64,000 nucleotides of DNA from Octopus vulgaris (lineage: Eukaryota), in NCBI GenBank assembly GCA_951406725.2, contig OX597823.1, positions 87,606,001-87,670,000 of the forward strand, given 5' to 3'. Of this stretch, positions 52,963 to 64,000 are shown in pieces (positions within the stretch are counted from its first letter, which is position 1; each line of letters opens with the position of its first letter). A program made the translations under genes and the position numbers. A model generated the notes under the pieces. The model was not told the origin of the DNA and made no database searches. It was given only the letters and a program-made list of their open reading frames with translations.

Positions 52963-54138
52963 TTGGGTTCCCGCGGTTTTTTAAATTTTGGAATTTATTG
53001 CGTTTTTAAATTTTGGAATCTATTTTCTAGAGAATTCTATTTTTGAATCAGTTTAGAATATATTTTGATTTTCATTTCTAGTTAATTTTAGATAACTTTT
53101 GTTTATTTTCAGGTCATTAAAAGGGAATGTCAAGTTAATAAAAACGAGCATTTTCGACACTACCTTGCTTTTGCTTTTAATCAAGGTTCTGAAGCCGCAA
53201 AAGCTGCTCGTGACATTTGTGTTGTGTATGGAGTGGGTGCAGTAGCTTGCACGAAAATTCTCGTCAAACGATAAGATTTAAACGACAAGGAAACTGGAAG
53301 AGAAAATGGAATGCTCCCACACTACTATAGAAAAGCATCTTCACTCGATGGGAAAGATTCAGAAGTATGGGGCACGGGTTCCGCATGCTTTAAGTGACAA
53401 CAAAAATCAACGAGCCACAATCTCCGCTGGAATGCTTGCTCGTCACCGCTCAACTCATGGACACAAGCAACGATTTCTTTACCGAATCGTTACTGATGAC
53501 AAAAAATGGTGCCTGTGTATCAATATGAAGCAGCGTAAGGAATGGCTTAGCGCCGGAAAGCAAGCGACACCACGCATAAAACAAGATTTTCATCCGCGTA
53601 AAACGATGTGCGTATTGTGGGACTGGGAAGGGATTATCCATTATGAATTGCTTCAACGGAATCAAACGGTCAACGCGGAACTCTATGTTCTACAGATGAA
53701 ACTACTCAATATGGCTATTCAAGAGAAAAGATCTAATCGGCAGCATGGAGTTCTGCTGCACGACAACGCCCGCGCTCATATCGCCATTATGACCAAGGAA
53801 GCCATTCAAACGCATGGCTGGGAAGTGCTGCCACACCCGCCGTACTTCCCTCATTTGACACCAACGGATTTCCACTTCTTTCGTTCTCTTTCAAATACTA
53901 TGCGCGGATTTTCGTTCAATACCGATGCAGAACTAAGAGCTTGGTTGGATCGATTTTTCGAGTCAAAATCGGGTGATTTCTACCAAGGAGGTATTAAAAA
54001 TCTTGTTAAACGATAGGGAAGAAGATGAAGACAACAAGGGTGAATATATTATTGATTAATTAGTTGTTATCTTTTTATTAAATCTTTTTAAAGATTTAAA
54101 TTTTAAAAAAAACGGCGGTAACTAAGTTGCCAGCCCAA
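52963..54138 (+). mobile_element. Defective mariner transposon (DD34D, mellifera-like TIR)
   Basis: TIRs TA|TTGGGTT..CCCGCGGTTTTT (left, partly deleted) and AAAACGGCGGTAACTAAGTTGCCAGCCCAA|TA; transposase inside. Confidence 0.9.
53122..54016 (+). pseudogene. Mariner transposase pseudogene
   Basis: N-terminal KNEHFRHYLAFAFNQGSEAAKAARDICVVYG followed by a deletion; ORF 53306-54016 with RVPHAL (WVPHEL), IVTDDKKW, LLHDNARAH, HPPYFPHLTPTDF (YSPDLAP.D). Confidence 0.9.
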
Positions 54139-54492
54139 TATATTTCATTAAGGTAATATATATTTCCCAGATTTCTCTCTGGACTATTTTAAATCTCAGA
54201 TCAATATTTTCGAATCTAAGATCAATAAAATATTTTTACCAAGAGTAAAATTGCTGATGTCGAACGCCTTCAAGAGTGCAAAAAACCTTCGTGTGTATTC
54301 GAGTGTATAGGTCTACGTGGAGCACAATTTTGAGAAATGGTAACTGAAATATTTCCAATTGTTTGAACCGTCATATATATCAACATTTCATTTAAATAGT
54401 AATATATAACAAATTTATCTCCAGTTTTAGACACGGAAAATACTTCTTAATTATTCTTAAATATATTTTGAAATCATACATTATATAAAGTA

Positions 54493-54699
54493 CATTATTT
54501 ACATTATTTACGTTAGTTGCATTATTTACATTCGACGGATATTTGTCCTCATCTTGTTTGTTGTTTACACAACGTTTCGCTTGATATACTTTCCAGTCTT
54601 CTTTAAGGAACAAGATGAGGACAAATATCCGTCGAATGTAAATAATGTAAATAATGTAAATACTGTACATAATTACTCATCTCTTAAATATAGAACTGT
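54493..54699. mobile_element. Short fold-back Penelope-like insertion with 13-bp TSD and degenerate hammerhead
   Basis: TSD ATTATATAAAGTA at 54480-54492 and 54700-54712; perfect 39-bp inverted repeat 54520-54558 / 54609-54647; the loop reads CUUAAAGA-AGACUG..CAAGC-GAAACGUU on the minus strand. Confidence 0.75.
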
Positions 54700-55384
54700 A
54701 TTATATAAAGTATGTGTGAACTCACTATATTAATAATTTTCTACGAGTTTGGGGTTGAATTTACTAAAATATGCTTGTTAAGGTGGGCGATTATTACTGA
54801 GTTGCAAAATTTTGGAGTGAATGACAAATAAGTTGGTATAATGTGTAATTATATTTTATAAAACAGCAATTTTAGAGTATTTCTTTACAAAATTAGTAGC
54901 GTTTGTAAAATATGGTGTTGTTTATATTTCTGTTTACCTTTCTCTTAATTGCAACAGCATGTCTGCTTATAATGATATACACATAGTAACACAGACAAAC
55001 TTTGAGGCAGACGGCTTTATCCATTTTTGTGTCTTCTGTAGATTTCAAATCAATGTGAAATACTATCATTAATGAGACGTGGTGAGCTAATTGAATAATC
55101 GGCAAAATGGCTGAGTCGTTAGAGCATCAACTTTGCATTTCAGTGTGACGATGAGTTTACAACATGTATATCGTGTACTTGACCACACATATATTCAAAT
55201 GCCTTTGCAGGCCCCTAATTCTATTGTTACTACGTGGTACGTTTTCACACATTATTATAAATCGTCCACTGAATAGGGCACGACAGCCAATCGTATTCCT
55301 AGCCACATTTGATGACTGGGCTTATATGGTTTTATCAAAGTATCGAAACTTATCTATTGACATTGAGGTATATGTAATATTGGT

Positions 55385-56587
55385 TTAAAATTTTGGCAGG
55401 GGCCCAGCAATTTCGGGACAGCGTGTAATTCGATTATACCGACCACAGTGTTCAACTGGTACTTATTTTATGAACAAAGTCAGCTTTAGCGGAATTTGAG
55501 TTCAGAACGTAAGACGGATGAGATGAGGTTAAGCATTTTCTCTGACGTGCAAACGATTCTTTCAGCTCGCCAACTTTCAGTATCTATAATACCCTTTCTT
55601 TTATAGGCACAAGGTCAGGAATTTCTTGGGGAAGGAATTAGACAATTACATCAACCCCATTACTTGCCTGGTGCTTAGCTCATCGAATCCGAAAGGCATA
55701 GTCAACCTCAGCGTATTTTGAACTCAGAATGTAGCGACAGACAAACTAATGGCTAAGCATTCCGTCCGATGTGCTAACAATTCTACCAACTCCTCACATC
55801 TAGATATCTATAATGTCAGTATGAATATGTTTCAAGGCATCAGCTGTATTGTGTAGTTGAACAAAAGATTAGCAAAAAGTATTTTGCGTCTGAGGAACAA
55901 CAGTTCATCACAAGATTGCAGTATTTTCTTCAAACGAAGCACCAAAAAATCGTTTCTCCTATAGACTTATGGCCTAAAATTTGGGGGGAGTGGGCCAGTA
56001 GATTAGATCGACCACAGTAAGAAACTAGTACTTAATTTATCGACCCCGAAGGGATGAAAGGCAAAGTCGACCTCGGTGGAATTTGAACTCAGAACGTAAG
56101 GGCAGACGAAATACCGCTAAGCATTTTGTCCGGCGTGCCAACGTTTCTGCCAGCTCGCCGCCTTGGAACACCAGATAATATTTATTTATTTATTGCTCAC
56201 AGGGGGCTAAACATAAAGGGACAAAGAAAGGGAATAAGTCGATTACATCGTCCCCAGTTCGTAAGTGGTGCTTATTTAATCGACACCGAAAGGATGAAAG
56301 GCAAAGTCAACCTCGGCGGAATTTGAACTCAGAACATAAAGAAAGACGAAATACCTATTTTTTTTACTACCCACAAGGGGCTAAACACAGAGAACAAGCA
56401 AGGACAGACAAACGGATTAAGTCGATTATATCGACCCCAGTGCGTAACTGGTACTAATTTAATCGACCCCGAAAGGATGAAAGGCAAAGTTGACCTCGGT
56501 GGAATTTGAACTCAGAACGTAACGGCAGACCAAATACCGCTAAGCATTTCGCCCAGCGTGCTAACGATTCTGCCAGCTCGACGCCTT
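55385..56587 (-). mobile_element. Cluster of five same-orientation family C SINEs
   Basis: Copies at ~55385-55570, 55600-55790, 55960-56163, 56185-56355, 56360-56587, each with CTCGG.GGAATTTGAACTCAGAAC or a variant. Confidence 0.85.
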
Positions 56588-57737
56588 GAAACACCACATA
56601 ATATTGACATGTTCATGAAAGACAACATACGGAACTTTTAGTGACTATCAAACTCACCACCAACTGACGTACTTTAAAATGAGAACTGGAAGTACTTCAG
56701 GCATATTCTCAAGTCTATCGATTCTACGAATTCCAGTAGAATAAGTAATAATGAAAATGCTGATTTTACCCACCCATTTGGAAATAGTAAAATAGTAAAA
56801 TTTATATGTGTCACTCATGCTAACTTTATAAAATTAAAATGACTTTTTAGTAAATTATTTCACTTAAATCGAGGGTGAGGTGCGCTTTTGCTTATTGATT
56901 TAAATGGAAACAGTCATCGAAGCAAGATAAAAGCGTATATGTAAATTGCAATAAGTAAATACGCCCAAGGTTTGATCATTAAAGCCACGTGCAGAAATTT
57001 CGCAGAAATAGTTGAACTTAAATTCATATATAAAATGAAACTGGAATTCACTTCAAAGTGATTGATTTTTCTTAAATTGAATTTATTTCAACACTAGTAA
57101 TGTGTGTTAGTCGTTTCCATTTTCTCGCACTTAGCATAACAGCAAAAACATTTTAATTAATTCTTTTATCTTTTACTCTCAATCATGGACTGCAGCCAAT
57201 CTCATGCATTCCGAACGTCCTCGAAAGTCTTATAAAATCAAGTATAGGCAAAACACAAAGTCACACAATCTCACACACACTTTAGTGATGTATTTATTTC
57301 TGCCATTAGGCTGTAAAACTGCGAACTGATAAAGTGAGTTGAGCTTAATCCAACGAGCATTACTATAAATGCGAAATCACTGGGATCTCGCTATTCCTAG
57401 GGACTGAATGAGCTCGCCTTACGTGTCATTCATCAAGATAAGTGTTTCTTGTGGCTATGAGTTGTTTTAACTCTTATTTCTAGCAATACATGCACTGAAT
57501 TGTGTCCTCAGTTTTCTTATATTTTGGCCTCATTCCTGACAAAATTTTTGCCGGTATCTCGAGTATGGTAACAATATATTATATATAATGGCCGAAATTA
57601 CGTTTGCCCCTCTGACCGATAACTGATGAGAAGTTGGTGACTTTCTGTGTTTTCTCTTCACCTCTGTATTTAGTACATGTTTGTGTGCTTATTCACTACA
57701 CCATTTTGTGATGTATATATATATATGTGTGTGTGTA

Positions 57738-57770
<33 letters not shown>

Positions 57771-57908
57771 GTATTTATATATGTATATATGCATATATAT
57801 AGGTAGCCTATATTTTCTGTTTGTTGACTTCTTTTTATTTAATTCTGAATATATACATACACACAAATACACATATACAAACAAGCACAAACACACATAT
57901 ACACACAC

Positions 57909-58010
<102 letters not shown>

Positions 58011-58697
58011 GGCGTGTAATGACTAAGATCCCCGTATGAATTCCATGTAGTCAGTTTTCTTATATTTACACTGCATAAGTATATATTTTTCAACGAACTT
58101 GATATATCTCTCTGTTAGAAAAGTACTTGTCAGAAAAGTCAGAAAAGTACTTATAGAGGCAGCCATGTGTATTTAAAGTGTTGAATCATGTGGTCCAACC
58201 GACATTATCTGTGTTTAAAGAAACTGAACTTAAAAGAACTTGAGAGTTGTAGTGAAAAGAGAATATATCATTACAGTTTAATATTTAATCCTAAAAGAAA
58301 TGTATTTTCCTATATTTACAACAACCTTCCACTGAATATTTATCTTTGTAGCTGCACATATGCTCTGAGACATCATCATGGTCGTCATTACCGTCGTCAT
58401 CACCATCATCATCATCATCATTGTCGTCATCATTATCATTATCATCATCATCATTTTCTTCGACTCCATCTTTCTCCTCCTCATCATCACCAGTGGTAAT
58501 AGAGGGCCAAGCGGTGGCGGCAGCCGCAATAAACATCAATCGCCATCATTAACACAATCCTCCTTATTATGAGCAGTACCATCACCTTCATCGCCATAGT
58601 ACATCGTCACATCTATTTCTCAAACAACACCACCTCCACGACAACCACCACCACAACCGCCACCATCACCACTACCACCACTACCATCATCACTACT

Positions 58698-59082
58698 GGA
58701 TGGAAGCACTCCGTCGGTTACGACGACGAGGGTTCCGGTTGATCCGAATCAACGGAACAGCCTGCTCGTGAAATTAACGTGTAAGTGGCTGAGCACTCCA
58801 CAGACACTTGTACCCTTAACGTAGTTCTCGGGGATATTCAGCGTGACACAGAAAGTGACAAGGCCGGTCCTTTGAAATACAGGTACAACGGAAACAGGAA
58901 GTAAGAGTGAGAGAAAGTTGTGGTGAAAGAGTACAGCAGGGATCACCACCATCCCCTGCCGGAGCCTCGTGGAGCTTTAGGTGTTTTCACTCAATAAACA
59001 CTCACAACGCCCGGTCTGGGAGTCGAAACCGCGATCCTATGACCGCGAGTCCGCTGCCCTAACCACTGGGCCATTGCGCCTC
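58698..59082 (-). mobile_element. SINE family B, full length with 14-bp TSD
   Basis: TSD CCATCATCACTACT at 58684-58697 and 59083-59096; tRNA-like head GGCGCAATGGCCCAGTGGTTAGGGCAGCGGACTCGCG..GGTTTCGACTCC. Confidence 0.93.
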
Positions 59083-59809
59083 CCATCATCACTACTAACC
59101 CCACTCTTATCAACGTCGTCCGTCGTTGTCATCATCATCATCATCATCATCACTTCCCAAAAGTTCATTACCCGCCAGCACTCCCTACATATTTTTCATT
59201 ACGATTTCACAACGACACGGATAACTCAGCATTTACGAACCAATCGCATCAAAATCCAGAAATAGGACAAATCTGAATATTGTCATGGAACGCAATGTTG
59301 CTATTTCTCTATTCATAACTAATCTGTCAATGTCCTTATAAAACTCGTTATTTATTACAACAGCTGTTTATATCGGAAATTTAATTATCGGCATATTCAT
59401 CATATTTCTATATTTACGATTGAAACATCTTCCATTTTGAGAACGTTTCTACACAACGTTATAGTTATGTACTACTGACAGTATTATAGTGTTGTACCAT
59501 TGATAGTATTATAGTATTATAGTGTGGTAATTTCTTTTTAGAAAATTATATCATGCATTTTATGTACTTTTACAGACAACCTTATGTCACTTCAGCAAAC
59601 AACATTTCCAGAATAATTTCAAACTGGGATATCTTAAGTTGGGTGCTATTTCATACGCGTATTACGTTGACGTCTATACGTTAGCGCTACACAACGTTGC
59701 GTCCGTTATAGTTTCTTAAGCGGAGAAGATAATTTAAAAATGACAGAAGTATTGTCTTACAAAACTCTTTTAGCACTGCAAGGAGACGTTAAACTAGTCT
59801 CTTCTGTCT

Positions 59810-60044
59810 TTTTATTGTTTCAATCATGAGCTGCGGCCATGCTGAGGCACCACCTTCAAAGTTGTTTTTTAGTCGAACAAATCGATCCCTAGACTTATTA
59901 TTTTGTCAAGTATGGTACTTATTCTATCGGTCTCTTTTGCCGAACCGCTAATTTACAGGGATGTAAGCACAGCAACACCGGTTGTCAAGCAGCGATGGTG
60001 GGGAGACAAACACAGACACACACAGACACACACAGACACACACA

Positions 60045-60108
<64 letters not shown>

Positions 60109-60228
60109 CGACGAGCTTCTTTCAGTTTCCCTTTACCAAATCCATTCACAAGATTTTCGTTGGCCCGAGGCTATAGTAGAAGACACTATCCAAATGCGCC
60201 ATGCAGTGGAACTGAATCCGAAACCATG
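59810..60228 (-). mobile_element. SINE family A (head partly lost)
   Basis: Colinear reverse complement with internal (CA)n(TA)n. Confidence 0.85.
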
Positions 60229-60242
60229 CGTACATACGCACG

Positions 60243-60286
<44 letters not shown>

Positions 60287-61383
60287 TATATATGAGGGCG
60301 AGGCAGATATTTAAATAAAGCATCTCGCGTTTCGTACATCGGAATTAGACGAAATATAAGAAAACTAAGAGCATAAAAAATGGAGAAAAAAATATGCTCA
60401 GCAATATTCCTGTGCCCGGGTCTCTTTCGTGTGCTGCGCTTAATAGTCACCAACATAGACATCTAATCAAACAAAAAAATTATGGCATTATGTTCACCAA
60501 AATATATTGTATTATGTAAAAACATGTAAGAAAATTGGGTATCTCATAAGTTCTTAATATATCAAAAGAAATATAATATATTAATATATATATATATATA
60601 TAGGAATATACATCTGCGTAGTTTCGTTCAGACGCGTAGCATTGTTAGTAATGACAACTCAAAGACGTTTAATTGTTTTTCGCAATTAATGAGCCACTGT
60701 AGGAAACAATTATTTTAGGAGTCATTAATGATTCCCATAAGACACAAGTTGACAGCTGTCGCATAAATGGTTGTGCTTTGTGCGCAGGTGCACGCATGCG
60801 TACGTATATGTATGCGTATGCATATATATGGCTATAGAGACTCGTACTTCTGAATGTATATGGATATGTGTTATATAATATATAAATCTCTTTCCCGAAT
60901 GCTTCATTGAATTTCATGCTAAAGCAATTGACCTGTTCCCAGACAATAAACAAACTCCGTCACTGGAGTTTATCGAATAACAACAGCAGTGGAATATTTC
61001 AGATATTGTTTTTACATATTTTCAGTGGTCTGCATATAAATTAGATACTAGCGTATATATGGTCACTATGTTGGCATGAATACACCAGATTTTACAGATT
61101 ATTAATAATATTTAGCAACAAAAACACACGGATCAATGATTGCATCTTCTAATGTAAATTTATATTAAGAGTAGATAAATTGTATGATATAGCAGTTGTT
61201 CGTAGTTGTTATCTTCTCCAGTAATTTTAAATGAAATGTTCACATCTGTTGGGCAGCTGATTCAGACAAATGCTGTGTAGTTTTGTTTTCCCTTTCAAAT
61301 ATTTGTGTCAGATCAGTTAAGCTTGAAGTTTTATGAGTGGTTTGAAAGGAACATCATATTTCTCTGTCTCTGTCTCTCTCTTT

Positions 61384-61585
<202 letters not shown>

Positions 61586-62432
61586 TGTGTCTGTGGGCGT
61601 CTGTATGCTTGTATGAATGTATGTAATTTATCCGCCGACCGGTGAAAATATGTAAACCAATATCAGAAGTATTCTGTTGGTATTCCATAAAGTCCAATGA
61701 GGAAACTTTGTTTATTATCAAGAAACCAATATTCCTTGTTTTGAAAAGCATGAATAAACTAAACATCAGAACCATGTTATATAAAAGTCAGAACAAACAG
61801 ACTCAACCGCGGATGATGTTGTATATATTGTTGTAGCTAAAATGACATTCTATATTGATATGATGCTATTTAGATGATATACTGGGGAGTATTTATGGAT
61901 TACGTACGTAACACCTTCGATAGGCTTTGAGACAATCGACATTCCGATTTATTGCTTCTTTTTATTCAGTTAATATATTTTAACTCTATCCTAATGGCGG
62001 ATCGGAAAGGTTGGACCTTAAAGAATCTGAGGAGTCAGATGTCTAGCCATCATTTCAGTGTTTATATTCGATTGTTCATTGTTCCAAGATTGTAAGAGTC
62101 TATTGTAGTCTATTGTAGAAACAACGTAGCACGTAGTTCAAAACCAGTATCATATCAAATATCCCACCCCGAACAAAAATTCCCGCCTCTTCGTAGCATA
62201 GTCTGAACTGAAAGTATAATTAAATGAGAAAGTTGAATTAACGAATTACAGACGAATGGGACGAATCTTTAAAGCTGAAATATTATAATAGGCAATGATT
62301 CACTAGACATCGCAGCTAGAGGATGCGGCTTCAACATAAGATAACAGAGGAGGTTTGGTGAATGGACGAGCATAGCCCGCGGAAAACACTAGGAATCTAC
62401 TATCAGATATTTGAAGCCACTATTCCAAAGTT

Positions 62433-62725
62433 GGTGGAGGCACATGGCCGAGTGATTAGAGCAGCGGACTCGCGGTCGAGGGATCGCGGGTTAGAATCTC
62501 AGACCTGGCGATGTGTGTGTTTATGAGCGAAACACTTAAACTTCACGCGGCTCCGCCAGAAGGTAATGGCGAACTCTGACTTTTTCGCCACAAATTTATA
62601 TCACTCTTTCCTCCTGCATCCTGCAGCTCACTTGCGATGGACCGGCGTCCCGTCCAGGTGGAGAACCTATACGCCAAGGAAACCGGTAAACCGGTCCTTA
62701 TGAGCCAGACATGGCTCGAGAAGGA
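62433..62725 (+). mobile_element. SINE with family B head and a different, V-SINE-like 3' half
   Basis: Head GGAGGCACATGGCCGAGTGATTAGAGCAGCGGACTCGCG; 3' half GCGATGGACCGGCGTCCCGTCCAGG..GGAAACCGG. Confidence 0.8.
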
Positions 62726-63477
62726 AATAAAATTCCAAAGCGGAAGTAGTTTGAAAATACCTGTCACGCAGAAATGAAGAGTTTGGTGACGTGAAATTGG
62801 GAAAACCAAAATAGGCCTCAGTATCTTTCATGATAACAGGCTATCATCTCTACGGTTTCTCGTTGCTCTAATCACAGAACACGTAGAATTCAGAGATTTT
62901 CCCCTCAAGATTCTCATTTCTCTTTCACTTCCATTCCTACTCCCTTATTTGACTAGTCTCATTCATCCATTACTATCGGTTTCCGTCTACAGATCACGTT
63001 CTTTAACCTTCTCCATCCGATGACAGTAAGATCTTCTAGTATGGAGGATGGAAACTTCTGCAGTCTTTCCTTCAACTTAATTCTGTCATAAATGATTATA
63101 ACATCACATAATATATATATTCAATACGCTGAAAAGAAACGAACTTTAAATATATGTACAAAGATTTACTTATAGAGAATGCGTAGTATATTAAAACCAA
63201 AGTAATGTCATTCATCAGAGTGCGATTAGGTATCATAAAAAAATACCTGTGAGAAAAAATGCCAATGAGAACTCTAACAACATTCTACATAAACTGCCTT
63301 TCCCCCAAAGAATTCAAGATTAATACAGAATACCACTGCTCTCAAACATTGAATAGTTCTATCCTTTTAACAATAAAGTCAAGAGTACATGTATATCAAT
63401 ATGACATTCCATAAATATTCATGTTTCCCAATTCACTTACATTCATACACCTGTGCTCTTACAGATTATATATAGGT

Positions 63478-63489
63478 ATGTATGTGTGC

Positions 63490-63527
<38 letters not shown>

Positions 63528-63758
63528 GTGTGTGTGTGTGCGTGTGTGTGTGTGCGTGTATGTATGTATGTATGTATGTATGTATGTATGTATGTATGTA
63601 TGTATGTATGTATGTATGTATGTATGTATGTATGCAAGTATATATGCATGTATATTCTTAGAAATCAATATTCAGTAACGCACTTGCACCCAATTTTATT
63701 TTTATATGTATGTATATTTTATATTATGTCTGTATGTATCTACCTATTTATCAGTCTA

Positions 63759-63853
<95 letters not shown>

Positions 63854-63898
63854 GTCTATCTATCTATCTGTCTGTCCGTTTATATATCTATATATATA
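63478..63898. repeat. Compound (TA)/(TG)/(TATG)/(TCTA) microsatellites
   Basis: Directly visible. Confidence 0.93.
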
Positions 63899-64000
63899 GT
63901 TGACACTTAAGAAAGTATAATCGTATATTATATGCAAATGTATATCATGAACACAGCAATGCCTTGATCTTTATAGCATGTATGTACCAAAACGTGTCTT

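Noticed and set aside
55385-56587. Repeated units as a CRISPR-like array
   Set aside because: The units are ~200-bp SINE copies in eukaryotic DNA, without fixed repeat-spacer periodicity or cas genes
63015-63065. CCGATGAC...GGAAACTTCTGCAG as another hammerhead of the 31 kb family
   Set aside because: Core and stems are too degenerate to support

Overview
AT-rich, repeat-dense animal genomic DNA with no recognisable host protein-coding exon. It is probably intergenic or deep intronic. The SINE families and microsatellite load resemble what I recall of Octopus/coleoid cephalopod genomes, which is an inference. Nearly all listed ORFs are microsatellite or SINE translation artefacts. Supported content: many copies of three or four tRNA-derived SINE families; a 5'-truncated CR1-type LINE whose 3' tail matches the most common SINE; three R4/Dong-type RLE retrotransposon fragments stacked in (TAA)n; a defective mariner (DD34D); decayed Ty3/Gypsy and probable hAT relics; three MITEs; and a ~1.35 kb GC-rich, highly diverged fragment of the 28S rRNA 3' end. 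The most notable signal is a cluster of Penelope-type minimal hammerhead ribozyme motifs at 31.1-32.7 kb, next to a GIY-YIG relic and partly in inverted repeats. Further degenerate hammerhead motifs lie at 17.0 and 54.6 kb. Boundaries of decayed elements are approximate.
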